DNA of 64,000 bases. Origin: the human T2T-CHM13v2.0 reference genome, Homo sapiens. The first letter of the stretch is position 1. Each line of letters starts with the position of its first letter. A program made the translations under genes and the position numbers. Positions 47,441-63,145 of the stretch are shown piece after piece. The notes below the pieces were generated by a model. The model was not told the DNA's origin. It made no database searches and worked only from the letters and a program-made list of their open reading frames with translations. The stretch is from assembly GCF_009914755.1 (NCBI RefSeq), contig NC_060942.1, one strand, 5' to 3'.

Positions 47441-48491
47441 TTAAAATATCATGATAAGCTTCCTTTGTTCTGAAAGTATGAGCAAATATGCCAGAGGGTG
47501 TTATCAGATTACCAGCAATCAGGAATTCTGGGGTGATAACAGTAAACTGAAAATAAACAGATAAAATTTAAGTATTTGAATAAAATAATATATAATAATT
47601 TCATGTACAGAGTTTTTTTCTGCTTCTCCAAAGTAAAACATTAAAAAACTCAGTTGAATCTGTTTTTACAAGATAAATATCTAAAATTTTATATGCAGTA
47701 TTATGTGGTTTACAGGAAAATAGTCAGATTTCTTTCATAGAAATTCTTCTGAATGATGGCGTTAAAGAACACTCAAAACACTGAGACTCACGTTTAATAT
47801 TAATGAGTTTGAAATGCTGGCCCTGCCTAAAATTATTAATAAATTTCAAGGAGGCCACTACGAATCCCTGTAATTTCACCTTCTCTTTTAATAAATCATA
47901 AGGTAATTTTACATTAGGACGACAGGGTTGGAAGTATGATTTAATTATGAAAGCTAATAGTGAAGCCTGCAGCAAAGGGAAACACATCCTCCTCCCTGAG
48001 CATTTCTGCAAAATGATGGAAATCCAGAGCACATATTTGCTGCTTGGCAACGGCTTTAAGTACACAGTATACGTTACTAAACTTATATTCTTTATATTCA
48101 CTTGTTCTGACTTTTACCTCCAAGTAGAGTTGGGAGAAAATCAAAGTCAACTGGGTTTCACAGAAACAAACAATACATAGGAATCCTCATTCACTAGTAT
48201 TTGTTATAATATTAACTCAATACAAGAGTTAGGGTGACTTATTTACCACTGAAATTACTTACGAAAAATTTTCACTGGAACTCTACATCCAGTGAGTAAC
48301 ATCAATATGCTCTGCATTCATTCAAGAAAGAATACAGAACAAAAAAAAGTGCCTCAAATTAAAACGCTTGGTATTTTCTTCTTAAAACATAGCCAGATTC
48401 TACCTGCAGAATCTTAGACGGGAAAGATCACAGTATAATCAGCTGACTAGGAAAAGCTGTTAAATGTAACATGTGTAAGAGTAACAGCCGG

Positions 48492-48838
<347 letters not shown>

Positions 48839-49527
48839 TCATATATGTTGTCTGATTTTATTCCCACACCCACTGTGTGGTGGGTCTGGTCTGTCTCATG
48901 TTAGGGGAAATTGAGGTGCGAGGGGAAATGCTCGTGCCACAGCTGGTTTGTAGCAGAGCTCAGGGCTGGCAAGCTGAAGACCAGAGCTTGTTCCACTCTT
49001 CACACGGTCCCTCCAGCACATCAGTAAAAAAATACATAAATAACACCAAAGGAAGTGTTAAACAGTCATGTGGACTTCATCCTGCACAGAAACTCTTTCC
49101 AAGAGATTTTCAACAGAACAAAGTTATCTTTCCTTGGGCAGAACTTGCCCCCTGTCAGTACCACCAGCACCAAGGTGGGGGCAAACCCAGCCCACCAACA
49201 ACTGCAGCTGCCAGAGGCCCCTCTGTTTCCAGCATCCTGGGCAAAGGGTGACATCATGTCAGAGAACTATGCATCCCTCTCCTAAGGACGCTGAGTAAAC
49301 AGTCTGCACAGCTTACAAACCACACATCTTGACAACTCCACCACGTCCATAACCTCATGGAAGTGCAGCTGGAGATTTTATTAGCACTTTATGGTCCACA
49401 TGATCATTTAAGGAGGGTAAAAAGCTCCAGTCAAAGGTATTGCTGAATTAAATCACCTTAGCAAATCTCTGTGCTATGAAAATCACTATTACTGGGCATG
49501 TATTTTAATGGCCGTCTCTGTTAGCTA

Positions 49528-50016
<489 letters not shown>

Positions 50017-50282
50017 TTACTGAAATTTCTAGTTAGATTTGACTTTATTATAGTCATCTAAAGTGGAACGGAAGAATTTATTTTTTAATCAGAAGTCAGA
50101 CAGAAAGGTAGAGGGCTAGAATTGGGACAAAGGTAACATTTGACCATGTGAGTCTGAAAACATGTTTCTTCCATTTCCATCTTTATCTCCATGGTGGGTG
50201 GACAATGACAGGTTCAGGAGTAACTGCAATGCTCTCATTTTCCCAAGACTACAACTTGGGAAGTTTCAGCCTTTCCTTTTCT

Positions 50283-50428
50283 TTTTAAAATTCTTATTTA
50301 AAGACAGCATCTTACTCTATCACCCAGGCTGGAGTAAAGTGGTGTGATCATAGCTCACTGCATCCTGGAATTCCTGGCCATCCTTCCACCTCAGCGTCCC
50401 AAAGTGCTGGGACTACAGGTGCAAGCCT
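50283..50428 (-). mobile_element. Alu monomer or internally deleted AluJ (FLAM-like)
   Basis: Single diverged Alu arm. Confidence 0.7.
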
Positions 50429-50659
50429 CCTCATTTTTCTAATAAACATACACAGAAGATGTCTTAAAAGGTAAATCTCAATTCTGTTCTTTCTTTTCCA
50501 GAAATATCGTTTTATTTAAGAAGACAGTAGAAAGATCATCCCACCCTGGGAGTTGGGCCTCCCCCGCATTCTGGCTGACAGGGCTTCAGCATGGGCGCTG
50601 CGGCCTTAACTCCTCACAAGTCCCGTGGGTCCCCATGTGACCTCAGTCCACCTGTTTAC

Positions 50660-50840
50660 CTGAGGTAAGTGTCTGGGCCTTTCCTCAAACAACAAAGACA
50701 CAGCAGAGCGGGGGAGTGGGAGCTGCCACATAACGGTTCCTTCAGAGGTGGACGGTGGTGGGCAGGGGAGCAGGTGGAGCCGGTGAGCAGCCCCAGGCCA
50801 GGCTAGCAAGTCAGTGGCCTCTGATGCGATGCCTCGTCAT
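50660..50840 (-). other. Candidate first exon of a minus-strand transcript
   Basis: Lies just downstream of the GC boxes on the minus strand and ends at donor CTCAG|GTAAAC. The start site is not determinable. Confidence 0.35.
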
Positions 50841-50845
50841 CCTTT

Positions 50846-50879
50846 CCGCCCCTCCCCGCCCCGGCCCGCCCGCCCCGGG
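50846..50879 (-). promoter_or_regulatory. GC-box (SP/KLF) cluster, candidate promoter
   Basis: CCGCCCCTCCCCGCCCCGGCCCGCCCGCCCCGGG holds four CCGCCC motifs in the most CpG-dense non-Alu stretch of the window. Confidence 0.65.
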
Positions 50880-51499
50880 TCTTGTGCTTCCTGCCTTGCC
50901 TCCGTCAAGCTGATGGCAGGCAGCTCTGGCCCACGTGTGCGTTTCCTTTGGAACACACAGTATTGACCAGCACAGTGTTTTAAACTTGAAGTATAGGATC
51001 AGGCTGGATTGTCTGTGGTCCACTGGGTCACTGCCACCCTCTCCTGAGGTCTGCTCCACACACGAGGTGAGGCCAGGATGCTGTGCCCCGCAAGCTCCCC
51101 TCCATGTGGTCTGCGTCAGAGTCCACCATGAGAGCCACTGCAGGGCTTCGGAACGGAGGAGGAGCTGAGATACTTCAGTGCAGCTGCAAATGGACGTCCG
51201 GGCAGACAGGGCAGAGGACAGACAGGGAGCCTCCCCAAGCACTAGGGAGGTGCCTGCCTCAGTGCCTACAGATGCTTCTTCAGGCCCAGGAGCAGGAGCA
51301 CTGGGGCTGCCAGCTGCCACAGCCAGCCTGGGAGTGTCAGAGGGCTCTGACGCCAGCCCAGGACTCTGGCCGCACCTGGGTCCCCCAGATGGAGATCTCT
51401 GGGGTCTGTGAGAACTTCCCTGGCCTTCGTTTCCCATCCCTTTCAACAGTGGTATAGCCTGCAATCTCCTCTATTTAAACCCTCTATACATGGATTATC

Positions 51500-51745
51500 T
51501 ACAGTGGCTTCTGTTTTCCTAACCAAGTCCTGAACCAATGTAAGACTTTTCATAAAAACCTAGATTTCCAATTTCTTTTTAAAAAATTATACCATCTGGC
51601 AAAACTAGGCTCACGTGGCACGTGGCAACAATAGGCTGCCCCTTCTGGAGAAGCATGCACCACCCAGTGGCCAGGGCCCTCCAAATCTGTGATGCCGTGG
51701 CCATTCTCTATACCACCTTCAGGGCCCGCCCTGCCTGGGACCCTG
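51500..51745. mobile_element. hAT-Tip100 fragment (FordPrefect-like)
   Basis: ATCTGGCAAAACTAGGC...GTGGCAACAATAGGCTG resembles recalled FordPrefect. Confidence 0.4.
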
Positions 51746-53260
51746 TAGGGACTTTAACTCAAGAGTCTTGATCCAGTTCTTCTCCTGCCACCCCCCACTT
51801 CCTCTCTCCTGTGCTCACATGACATCCAATCCCCACTTAATTGAAGTCGACAAGGCTTCTTGAACTGACACCGTCACACCCTCGGGGAATCCGTAGCCAG
51901 GCACCAGTCTGCACCGAAAGCGTGCACAGTAGAAACCTGGCTCCTTCCAGGAGGCTCCTTGTAGGTTAAATTATTCTTGATGAGAAGCAACTTAAATATT
52001 ACTTTTAGATGTAAACAACCATGGATAGATTATAAAGTCAAATAACAATGTGTCTCTTTTAAGATAAAACACAAGATCTCAAAGAAACGATCTTCTGCAG
52101 GCCACTTCATGAGTCCCCTTGAATCCTCTGAGGTTCTGACTTAAGAGGGAAAATGGTAGGGGAGCCGTGAATGAAGTTTCATAGTCCTTTATATTAATAA
52201 AGAACTTCACAGCTGAAAGGATTTTAAGACTTTTTAGAATGATTAAACTTTAAAGATGGAGTTTCTAGGTTTCTGATGAATTCCTATGAATACAAAATAA
52301 CCAGATACTCATATTTATGTATGTATTTCTAATTTAAGTAATCCTCTAGGTATTTTGTATCTACAGGATCAGATATTCGGATATTTGTAAAGATAACGGT
52401 GACTTTTCAAGTTCTGAATACCAACTGAGGTTTTTTGTTTGGTATCAGGAAGGTCATTTGAGTTTAAAATAAAAACAGTTATTTGAGATATTCTGATCCA
52501 CCCATTTAAGTAAAGGCCTGGTCCAGTCATTCTGAGAACAACCCTTCAACGCTTTAATTAAAGAGGCCTACAACATCAGAATCTAAGTGTCATGACCAAA
52601 ATATGTACTCCAACTCCATCATTTATTTACATGGAACTACTGAGAGTCAAGTCTCCAAATTTTACACTGACTGATGAGTCTTCTGTACATCAACAAAGTT
52701 AACACAGATTGGCCTTGGAGCAGCTATCGAAACCACATAAACATTGCATACTAGTCAGAGGCTCACCAGGGTTGTAAAGAAGACTTACACACTTAGTCGT
52801 AAGTCAACAATTGCCAGATTAGGCACAGAAACAAACCTATATAACTTTCTGAAAATAATGCAAGTGACACCTGGTGTTCTACTGTCTATTGAGAAATGCA
52901 TAATGCCACAGGACTGAACTGAAAATGTGGGCTCCTTCTCTCCATCTGCAGTTAGGTCACCGACAAGAGGAAGAGGCGCTATGGAGAAGAAGGAGCAAGC
53001 CAGTCTGTGCAGAATTCAAATATCCTGATCCTCAGGTTCTCTCAAACAGTCTCTGGGCCCATCTAAGACTGCCTCCCAGGGTTTTCTCAGGTTCAAGCTG
53101 CTCTCTAGATTCAGACCTACAGGATAAAGGTCCTGGTGTGTTTATTATTTTGGTACCTAACTCAGTGCCCAGCACGATGTAGGCCTTCAAGAACTGTGGA
53201 CTTGAACTGGCTGATTGACTCATGAAATCCCAGAAACAGACCTTTGGTATAAAGGGGCAA

Positions 53261-53855
53261 TGTTGAACTTGACCTGGGCTTTATGCTCCTGGAAAACAGC
53301 AACAGTTAACATCTTCTCCCACCCCAGCCCCTGAAACCCTTTTGTCTTCCAGGAAACTGCTGACTGCAAAGAACTTGTCTTCCCTGTGTGACTTAGATGG
53401 GACTCACAGATGCACACCGTATTTACCTCCAAGGCCAGACACAGGCCTTCCATGTACTCAATCTTTATCTCATAAATTATTAGCCAAACTGTTTGTTTCC
53501 ATTGACCAACCTGGACAAAATACCCACTAACAACTTGACCAAACTTTAATCAGGACCTTGACTCCCCCTTGAGCAAATAACAGGACAGCCCTCCTAAAGG
53601 GCCTCCTAAGGATCCACAGACCTCAGGGAAAACCCTCCGGATATGCGGATTCACTGTCCCATCCTTCTTCCTGCTCTGCCCACCCTCACGGCCTTGTTCA
53701 CTCCTGCAATCCTCCGTATAACAGAAAAGCCCTTTCTTACAGACCTGGGAGGCCCTCGCAGGTATCATGGTCACATGATACCCTTACCTCTACCACAATA
53801 GTCTTTTCAGATGAAGATTCTCCTTACCTGAGTCTGAATTCATTTTTTATTTGAC
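53261..53855 (+). mobile_element. ERV1-class solo LTR (MER90/MER31/MER67 group)
   Basis: TG...CA ends; GCTCCTGGAAAACAGC, TGACTTAGAT, CTTGACCAAACTTTAATCAGG and terminal TTTTATTTGACA. Confidence 0.65.
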
Positions 53856-54474
53856 AAAAGGAACTACTCAAATATTAGCAAGTAAGTCATCCCCTTAGCA
53901 CATTCTCTGTGACAACGCAGGCCCTCCTGGCCACCGCCCTCCAAACTGCCCCCGAGGAGTGACAAGAAAGAAAGATCAGAATTGGAGGATGTCCACCTTC
54001 GTGTCCTTTCTTGGTGTGTTCTCAACCACATAATCCTTTCAGATGTAATTTTTTAGCATTGTCCTCTTTTAATATTTATCACAGCACTACCTTGACTGTG
54101 ATGAAATATTCATGTAGTTTCAATAGCTACGGCAAAGCCAAGTCTATGACAACGTTGTTGATGAACAGTGGAGTTCACTACATTAATGTAATGGATGCAC
54201 TAAGTAATCAAATATCATTCCATGTTGATAATCTTCAAAAACTATATGCCTCTTATAATAAGTCATTACACTAGTCTGGTTGCATTACATAACCTTAAAG
54301 TAAACACATTAAATGTTTAGATTAAGGGAGATGCTATCACTCATGTAATGGTGCCTCTCTGCACAAGTTCCAAATTTTTGAATCTGACACTCAAGACTCT
54401 CAGAAACCTCCTCTCAAATGACTTTTCAAGCTTATCTACCTAGGACACTGTTTGTCTTACAATAGAGCTCTTTA

Positions 54475-54929
<455 letters not shown>

Positions 54930-55809
54930 TCACAGATTGTCAGGAATTACCACCAAGAGTAAGATAAGGCTGGAGGGCTTCTGAATCATCAAATAAACAC
55001 ACAGAAGCTCACTGGCCGTTTCTGAATGTCAATACTTCCACTGACCTAGCTCTTAAATCAGATAACTAACAACAGAGGAGCAATTTGTTTGACTTTGAAC
55101 TAAATAGGCAAGCAGTGTTGATATCATCTAAATCTGGTTATAAGTAAGGACAATGTGAACATTCCTAAGTACTAAGATCCTCTTCTTTTATCCTGTCTCT
55201 CCCCAGATATAATGTTTTCCAGGTTGCTCTATTGTCTTCTATGTAATATTAAAGGGCTTCAAAGTTTATGGTACATTCAGACTTAGCTATTCAGGATTGA
55301 CAGTTTGGTTATAGACAGTTAAATGAGTATTCATCAAACATGGAATTCAGAAACAAATACTCCTATATTAAGTGTTTGGGATAAATAAATATGTTCATTT
55401 GCTACACATTTGCTAATTGAAAATTGAGTTTTATACACAGTTGTTAAGTTTAAAATAGCCTACAAGAAAATGAGATTAAGAAAACATTACAAAAGAACCA
55501 AAATCCTTGTTTTATGTTCATCTCTATCTATGCTACACTTCCTAAATTCTTCTGAGGTCATGAAGGATAGGTTTTAAATTACTGCTGTAAGTAAAAATAG
55601 TTGAGACATCCTAAATGTCCCAAATACGGAAATGTTAGATAAGCATGGGATTTAATTCCATGATGATAGCATACAACCATCCAAGTAATAACCACAAAGC
55701 CTATGTATTGAGACAAATATTATGATATAATACTAATAAGAGAAGAATGCAGAATTTCACACATGTATAAAGTCCTAAGCAAAACATTTATGAATATGGA
55801 GAACATATG

Positions 55810-55918
55810 TAACCTTCAGAGTCCAAAATACTGCAAGAAGCATTCTATACTTTAAGAAAATGCTATGTTTATCTGAAATTCAGATTTAAGTGGGAATCTT
55901 GTATTTTTATCTGGCAAT
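55810..55918. mobile_element. MER53-like hAT fragment
   Basis: TGTTTATCTGAAATTCAGATTTAA.TGGG...TGTATTTTTATCTGGCAA. Confidence 0.5.
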
Positions 55919-56589
55919 GATAATACTAGACAAAATTATTTTACTAATATAAAATATAAAATAAAATGCCGTAAGTGCTATATTTAATTAAACAAGTTTG
56001 TGTCCCAGTAGAGAGGGACAGAAACATGGATGAATGTTACAGCCTATGAAGAGAAGCTTTCTTCCTTTAAATGATAAAATATAAATAACATAAAATACAA
56101 GTACAGATGGACATTTTGAAAAGAAATGTAAATATCAATAGATAGTTTTAAGTTTTAACTGGTTTGGGAGAAACTTCTCAAACATGTTTTAGGAGGAAAC
56201 ATTAGTAATAAAAATGTATTTTCACAGTGTTTAGAGCTAAATAACAAACATAATACAGTACCCTGTAAAGATACAGTAGCTATAATTGCTATTTCCCAAT
56301 ATTCTTCATAAAATATTTTAGGACAATTATGCAAATAAAAACATGGCCAGTGCTCAGATTATGCCCACTGCCTTCAATATCCAGCTTTACAAATCCTATC
56401 TGGTCTTTGATTTTGGAAATGTCTAGGAGTTTGGGGATCCCAGGAAGGGCAGAGTTTCTCTGAGCCCCAAAACCACTAATAGAATATGTGCAAGGGGCTC
56501 TTGAGGAGGAAGCTGCCCAACGGTGTGAAAATGCACCTCGACAATGCTTGGGTGATCTGTTTCTTGGGTGTGAAAGAATGAAATTTGCA

Positions 56590-56896
<307 letters not shown>

Positions 56897-56902
56897 TCAT
56901 TC

Positions 56903-57467
<565 letters not shown>

Positions 57468-59306
57468 AAAATCATTCTAGTATACAGATTTCACAATTCG
57501 ATTTGTAAATAACCAGCACCAGGGATGTACCCAACTAGCGGATGAGCACACATTCTAGCCTTTGGGACCCTCAACATGACAGCTCCAAAAGCACTTACCA
57601 ACTAGTCATGGAATTCCTAAAAGACACAAATAATGGTGTTCATTGCAACTTTTCTGTCTATCCAAGGAGAAACAGATCCTGTACTGATTTACATAAATTC
57701 AATGTAACACACCAAGTTCGTTTAGAATGTTTTCCGAAACTTTTACTCATCACCTACATCAGTAAATCCTAGTTTCCAAAGCCTAAGAATTTAAACATTT
57801 CTATTGGAGAAAGAAAATGTCCCTTTGGATGTTTGTATATGGGATCAAAACGTGGCCTCTATTTGAAAGATCCAGCTAACCTTTAAAACATGTTGGGTGG
57901 GAGAGGCTGTGAAATCAATGGGGCTCTTCTTTAGGTGTCAGTCTTCAGCGGGAGCATCACTGAGTCCCACAGAGGAGTATGAAGTCAGTGCCTTCTGCTT
58001 CCAACAGACTGAATTCCTCAAGGACATTCACACTCAAATACAGCCACTTGAAAGCCAAGGGATACAGTAGCTGCATTCAAAGAGGGTCCTAAGATCAGCA
58101 TATTGGCTTCTACTCCTTTGACTAAGAATATTAAGCTTTCTGTTTATGTACTAGTTGGATGGCTAAAAGTTTATGTTGTCAGCACACATGTAACAATTTT
58201 TATGTTTCCTTCAATCCCCATAAACTTCTTGACACATTCCACAGAGTTGACATTTACTTCCACCTCTGTTAAGTTCATCATCTGTTCATTCTACTTGTGT
58301 AAATGATTCCTCAGGGTACAGATGTCCCTACAAATGGGCACCTGTGAAGCACTGCTGAAGCAAACAGCCCATGGTCCACAGCTAGGTCTTGTTCCACAGT
58401 GCATGACCTTGACTTCCACACAATCTGCCTCTCCAACGCTGGGACCTGGAGGGGCCCTGGGGGTACAGGTGTTGTCCCAGACTGGCCCTTCTTTCATTCT
58501 CATTTTCTTTTTATTCCACTGCACAAATGATTGAGATGCCTGGAGTGACAACTCTGAGATGTGTTAGCGTCATTGCTTTCCAAGTGGCCTAAGATGAGAA
58601 CAAACTATTCCAAGCAGCATCAGAACATTATAGAAAATAGTAAGGCAGGATCAATTGCATCTAACCTTTGGATCTCATTCAAATGCCAACCAATGCTGGA
58701 ATGTTTCATAACAGAAATAATGTAAAAAGAGAAAACATACCATCAAGAAGTGGAATGAAAAGTATGAGAAACTTCTCACATGCCCTGATTTATTGAAAAA
58801 TAATTTCCTAAGGATAAGTCACTGATACAAAGATTGGGAATATTGTTTCACAATGAGTTTTTAACTTAATAAGTTGGTCAAATGAAAATCACATCCTTTA
58901 GATCAGGTTAATTACAGAAAAAAAAAACAGAGAGAGAGAGCGACGTAAACCTCTGACTCTGCAGGAAAAATCTGTAGTACAAGTAAATATCTTAGATAAC
59001 GGTTGCAGACACAGTTAGACCCAAGGCAAGAAATATAGACACAATCCTACTGGAGAATTTTTAATTCTTCACCTTCAAAGCAACTGGAACATAGAAAATC
59101 TATCTTTAGGGACACTTATGTCCTGTCGTGTAGTTACATTATTCTTGCAGTTTCCCTAGTAGAACCTCTAAAAGAATATGAATTGGTTGGGAGGAGGAAA
59201 ATAAGAGAGTTGAATCTACATCTTCACTAATTTGTAGTAATACTAAAAAGATAATAAGAATAGTTATTTGGGTGAATGGAGGAAAAGCCACAGAACAAAT
59301 ATTTGC

Positions 59307-59592
59307 TTTTTTTTTTTTTTGAGACAGAGTCTTGCTCTGTCACCCAGGCTGGAGTGCAGTGGCCCAATCTTGGCTCACTGCAACCTCCGCCTCCTGGGTT
59401 CAAGTGATTCTCCTGCCACAGCCTCCTAAGTAGCTGGGACTACAGGCCCATGCCCAGCTAATTTTTGTATTTTTGGTAGAGACAGGGTTTCACCATGTTG
59501 GCCAGGATGGTCTTGATCTCTTGACCTCGTGATCCACCCATCTCGGCCTCCCAAAGTGCTGGGATTATAGGCGTGAGCCACCGCGCCCGGCC
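59307..59592 (-). mobile_element. AluS (Sc-like)
   Basis: TSD AAATA(T/C)TTGC; small internal deletion. Confidence 0.92.
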
Positions 59593-61125
59593 AAATACTT
59601 GCATTTGATTAAAAATAAAACCAAGTTATGGCTTAATTAAAACATCATCAATTGATAACTGCCCTTGCCTAATTATACTTTAAAAGAACTGTGTTTGTGG
59701 CTTTCTCTGCTAAAAGCAAAAATTTAGCTCTATGAGCTATATTAACACAATGAAATATTACGAAGGTAGCAGGGGTTTAGAGTAGGGACGAGGCAACAAA
59801 ACTTGGTTCCAGAGTATAAATACAGCACTTGAACCACCTCCATGAAGCTGAGTGTAGCCCTTTGTTCCATCTAAACACTGCCTCTTGTCATAGCCAGTGC
59901 CAGATCACACTAGAGGAATAGATGTGGGAGGCGACTGTTGCAAAATAGCTTTCCTTTCTGTGGCTTAAAATGCATTAAACTATTAGTCTCAGAGTTTCGA
60001 ACAGTAAATAAACAATAGTAAGAATATGAGAACAATGAAAAATCAGCCACAACCTGAAATTACTACCTAGTTGATACTTCATAAATTGCAATTGTTTTTG
60101 CACCCAAATGTAAGCTTTAGAGATCAATGTACCTCCATGTTATAATTTGGAATAGTCATAAGATAATCAGGATAATCAGTCTCCATCCATCAGAATCAGT
60201 CGGAATTGCACAGGGCACTAAGTCCTCCACCAATGTGGTCGTGTTGCAATCATATTACCAACCAGCATTCCAGACCTATCTGTCCCTAAAATGACGACCA
60301 GCCACAGATAACATCAGTCCAGAATTTGTTATGTAATACTTGGTTAATAAATCACCCAGTCTTCTTTTAAACTTCTCATCTGTTACAAAGCACCAATAAA
60401 ATTATATTGCCATGACTCAAGGGCAAGTTCGGAGGCATCTTTTGCATGAAAAATATTTACCACAAAATATGTTTTTTTTTCTCAAAAAGATATGGTTTGT
60501 TGATTTGCATTGTTAGCTAAATTTTCTTTGGTGCATTTTTTTGCATCCTGAGGGAAGTCAGTCACTTCAGCATTTAAACAGGACAAATGCAGAAACTGGC
60601 AAAAAGAAAACAATGACAGAGGTTTTCTTGAGCACCTGCTATTTTACAAAGTGCCTTGGTAGGGGCAAAGGCAGGAAGACAGGAAAGAGAGGGTTTCGAA
60701 GCAGGAAAACAAACAAATGATTCCACACACCATGGAGTTAAAGGACTACTGAACAGCCTCTGATATGATCCCAAAACCTTAAAAAGAAGAAAATTTAAAA
60801 AGGAAGCTTTAAAGAAGTACCATCAATTTATGAAAATTCTAAATATTAAATCAACTGTAAATCTAAGGACATATCTTTACAATCTTGGCTACAAGGCTTT
60901 GAGGATATTCATGTAAACATGACTTGAATACCTAACTATGCAAGGCTGTGTTACCATTTTTGTTGCATCTATGGATCTGGGACCTGCGGTCAGAGAAAGA
61001 ATATATCTTTCCTGGTCCTAAATTTACTTGCAATTTTTTTTAAGTCACAAATATATGTAAATTAAATCACATTTTAATTTAAGCAAAATGTTTTATTACA
61101 AAATATAAAATTGGCTGGTCACATT

Positions 61126-61421
61126 GACTGGGTGTGGTGGCTCACGCCTAAAATCCCAGCACTTTGGGAGGCTGAGGCAAGTGGATCACTTGAGGTCAGG
61201 AGTTCAAGACCAGCCTGGCCAACATGGTGAAACCCTGTCTCTACTAAAAATACAAAAATTAGCTGGGTGTGGTGATGCACGCCTGTAGTTCCACCTACTC
61301 GGGAGGCTAGGCATGAGAACTGCTTGAATCCAGGAGGTGGAGGTTGCAGTGAGCCAAGATCGGGCCACTGCGTTCCATCCTGGGCAACACAGCAAGACTG
61401 TCTGAAACAAAACAAAATAAG
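61126..61421 (+). mobile_element. AluS inserted at the head of an AluJ
   Basis: TSD AATTGGCTGG(T/G)CACA includes the first bases of the AluJ. Confidence 0.88.
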
Positions 61422-61425
61422 AATT

Positions 61426-61722
61426 GGCTGGGCACAGTAGCTCATGCCTGTAATCCCAGTACTTTGGTAGGTCAAGGCAGGAGAATCACTTGAAGCCAAG
61501 AGTTCCAGACCAGCCTGGGCAACATAGTAGAACCCTGTCTCTACAAAAAAATTACAAATAATTTAAAAATTAGCTGGATGTGGTGGTGCCCAACTGTAGT
61601 CTTAGCTACTGGGGAGGCTGAGGTGGAATGATCCCTTGATTCCAGGAGTTCAAGGCAGCAGTGAGTTATGATTGCACCTCTGCACTCCAGCCTGGGCAAC
61701 AGAGCAAGACCCTGTTTTTAAA
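61426..61722 (+). mobile_element. AluJ
   Basis: Diverged J-type Alu. Confidence 0.88.
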
Positions 61723-62047
61723 CAATTTTAAAGCTGATGGAGCATGAGTTCATTCTCACATATCTGAGGAATTCGGCTTGCCCAGTAAGTCCGGTGCTCC
61801 CCAGCCTTCTCAAATATCTCTTGGCAAGGCTTTCATTTGAATTCCAAAAGATTTCAGTCTGAAAGGTCAAAGTCTTCTCTGATAGCAAATGTGGTTAAGC
61901 AGTGAAAATGATCTCTATTACACTATTAAATCCAGCAATGAGAGGACATATTTTCATGACCAAATATAGGTGCATTCAACCTCTCTTTGATGTGTAGATA
62001 AGTTCTCCTTGTTCTCTGCTCAATTAACAAGTTCAATTCTCATGTGA

Positions 62048-62406
<359 letters not shown>

Positions 62407-63029
62407 AAGAAGACTTCTTTCAATCTTATTTAGAACTTTTTAACTTTCCCAGGACCATTGATAGACATTATCAAGATTTACTTTTTAACAGTCTCATTTT
62501 AAACAATCAGCCAGGAACTGTTTTGTAAGCTCCTCAGCAGTTGCAAATGACAATGAATATCATCACTAAGAATTTTATTTCACAAATTTTACCTGAAAAA
62601 TTAAAATGTTAATTTTCCTTCCTCTAAATTCTGACCTGAGAACAACCATTCACACAATATCTTCCTTCTGATATGGTCATTCTCTTTTCATCTGCCAATA
62701 TGAAAACTAGTAGCAATAATGCATAGAAAAAAACCGAAGTTCTGAAATGAATTTTTCAAAATCATTATTCACAAGAATGTATTTCTATTAATTAAAAAAT
62801 GAGGTGAAACTCATTAGTAACATTATTGAGGAGAGATAGTCTCAGAGTTCTAGTCCTTGAATATGGGAAGATTTATCTATAAGACACTTGGATAAAATTG
62901 TCTTCATCCAGATGCAGCCAGGATGATCATTCTAACAGGCTGACAGTTTAATTTTATAAAATCCGCAGACATCAGAGTTTCAAAGCAAACAAGACGACAA
63001 GTCTTTATCATTTACTTCCCTGAGAATTA

Positions 63030-63145
63030 AGGTTATATGTATAATATATCTTTATTTATATAACATATATATCTATGTATATGTTATATATAAGTTATAT
63101 GATAGCATTGATATATATGTTATATATCAATGCATACATATAATG
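63030..63145. repeat. AT-rich low-complexity tract with two perfect inverted repeats
   Basis: Directly visible (TA)-rich sequence. Confidence 0.85.

Noticed and set aside
50811-51464. 217-aa minus-strand ORF and overlapping plus-strand ORFs
   Set aside because: GC-rich sequence with few stops, low-complexity peptide and no recognisable domain.
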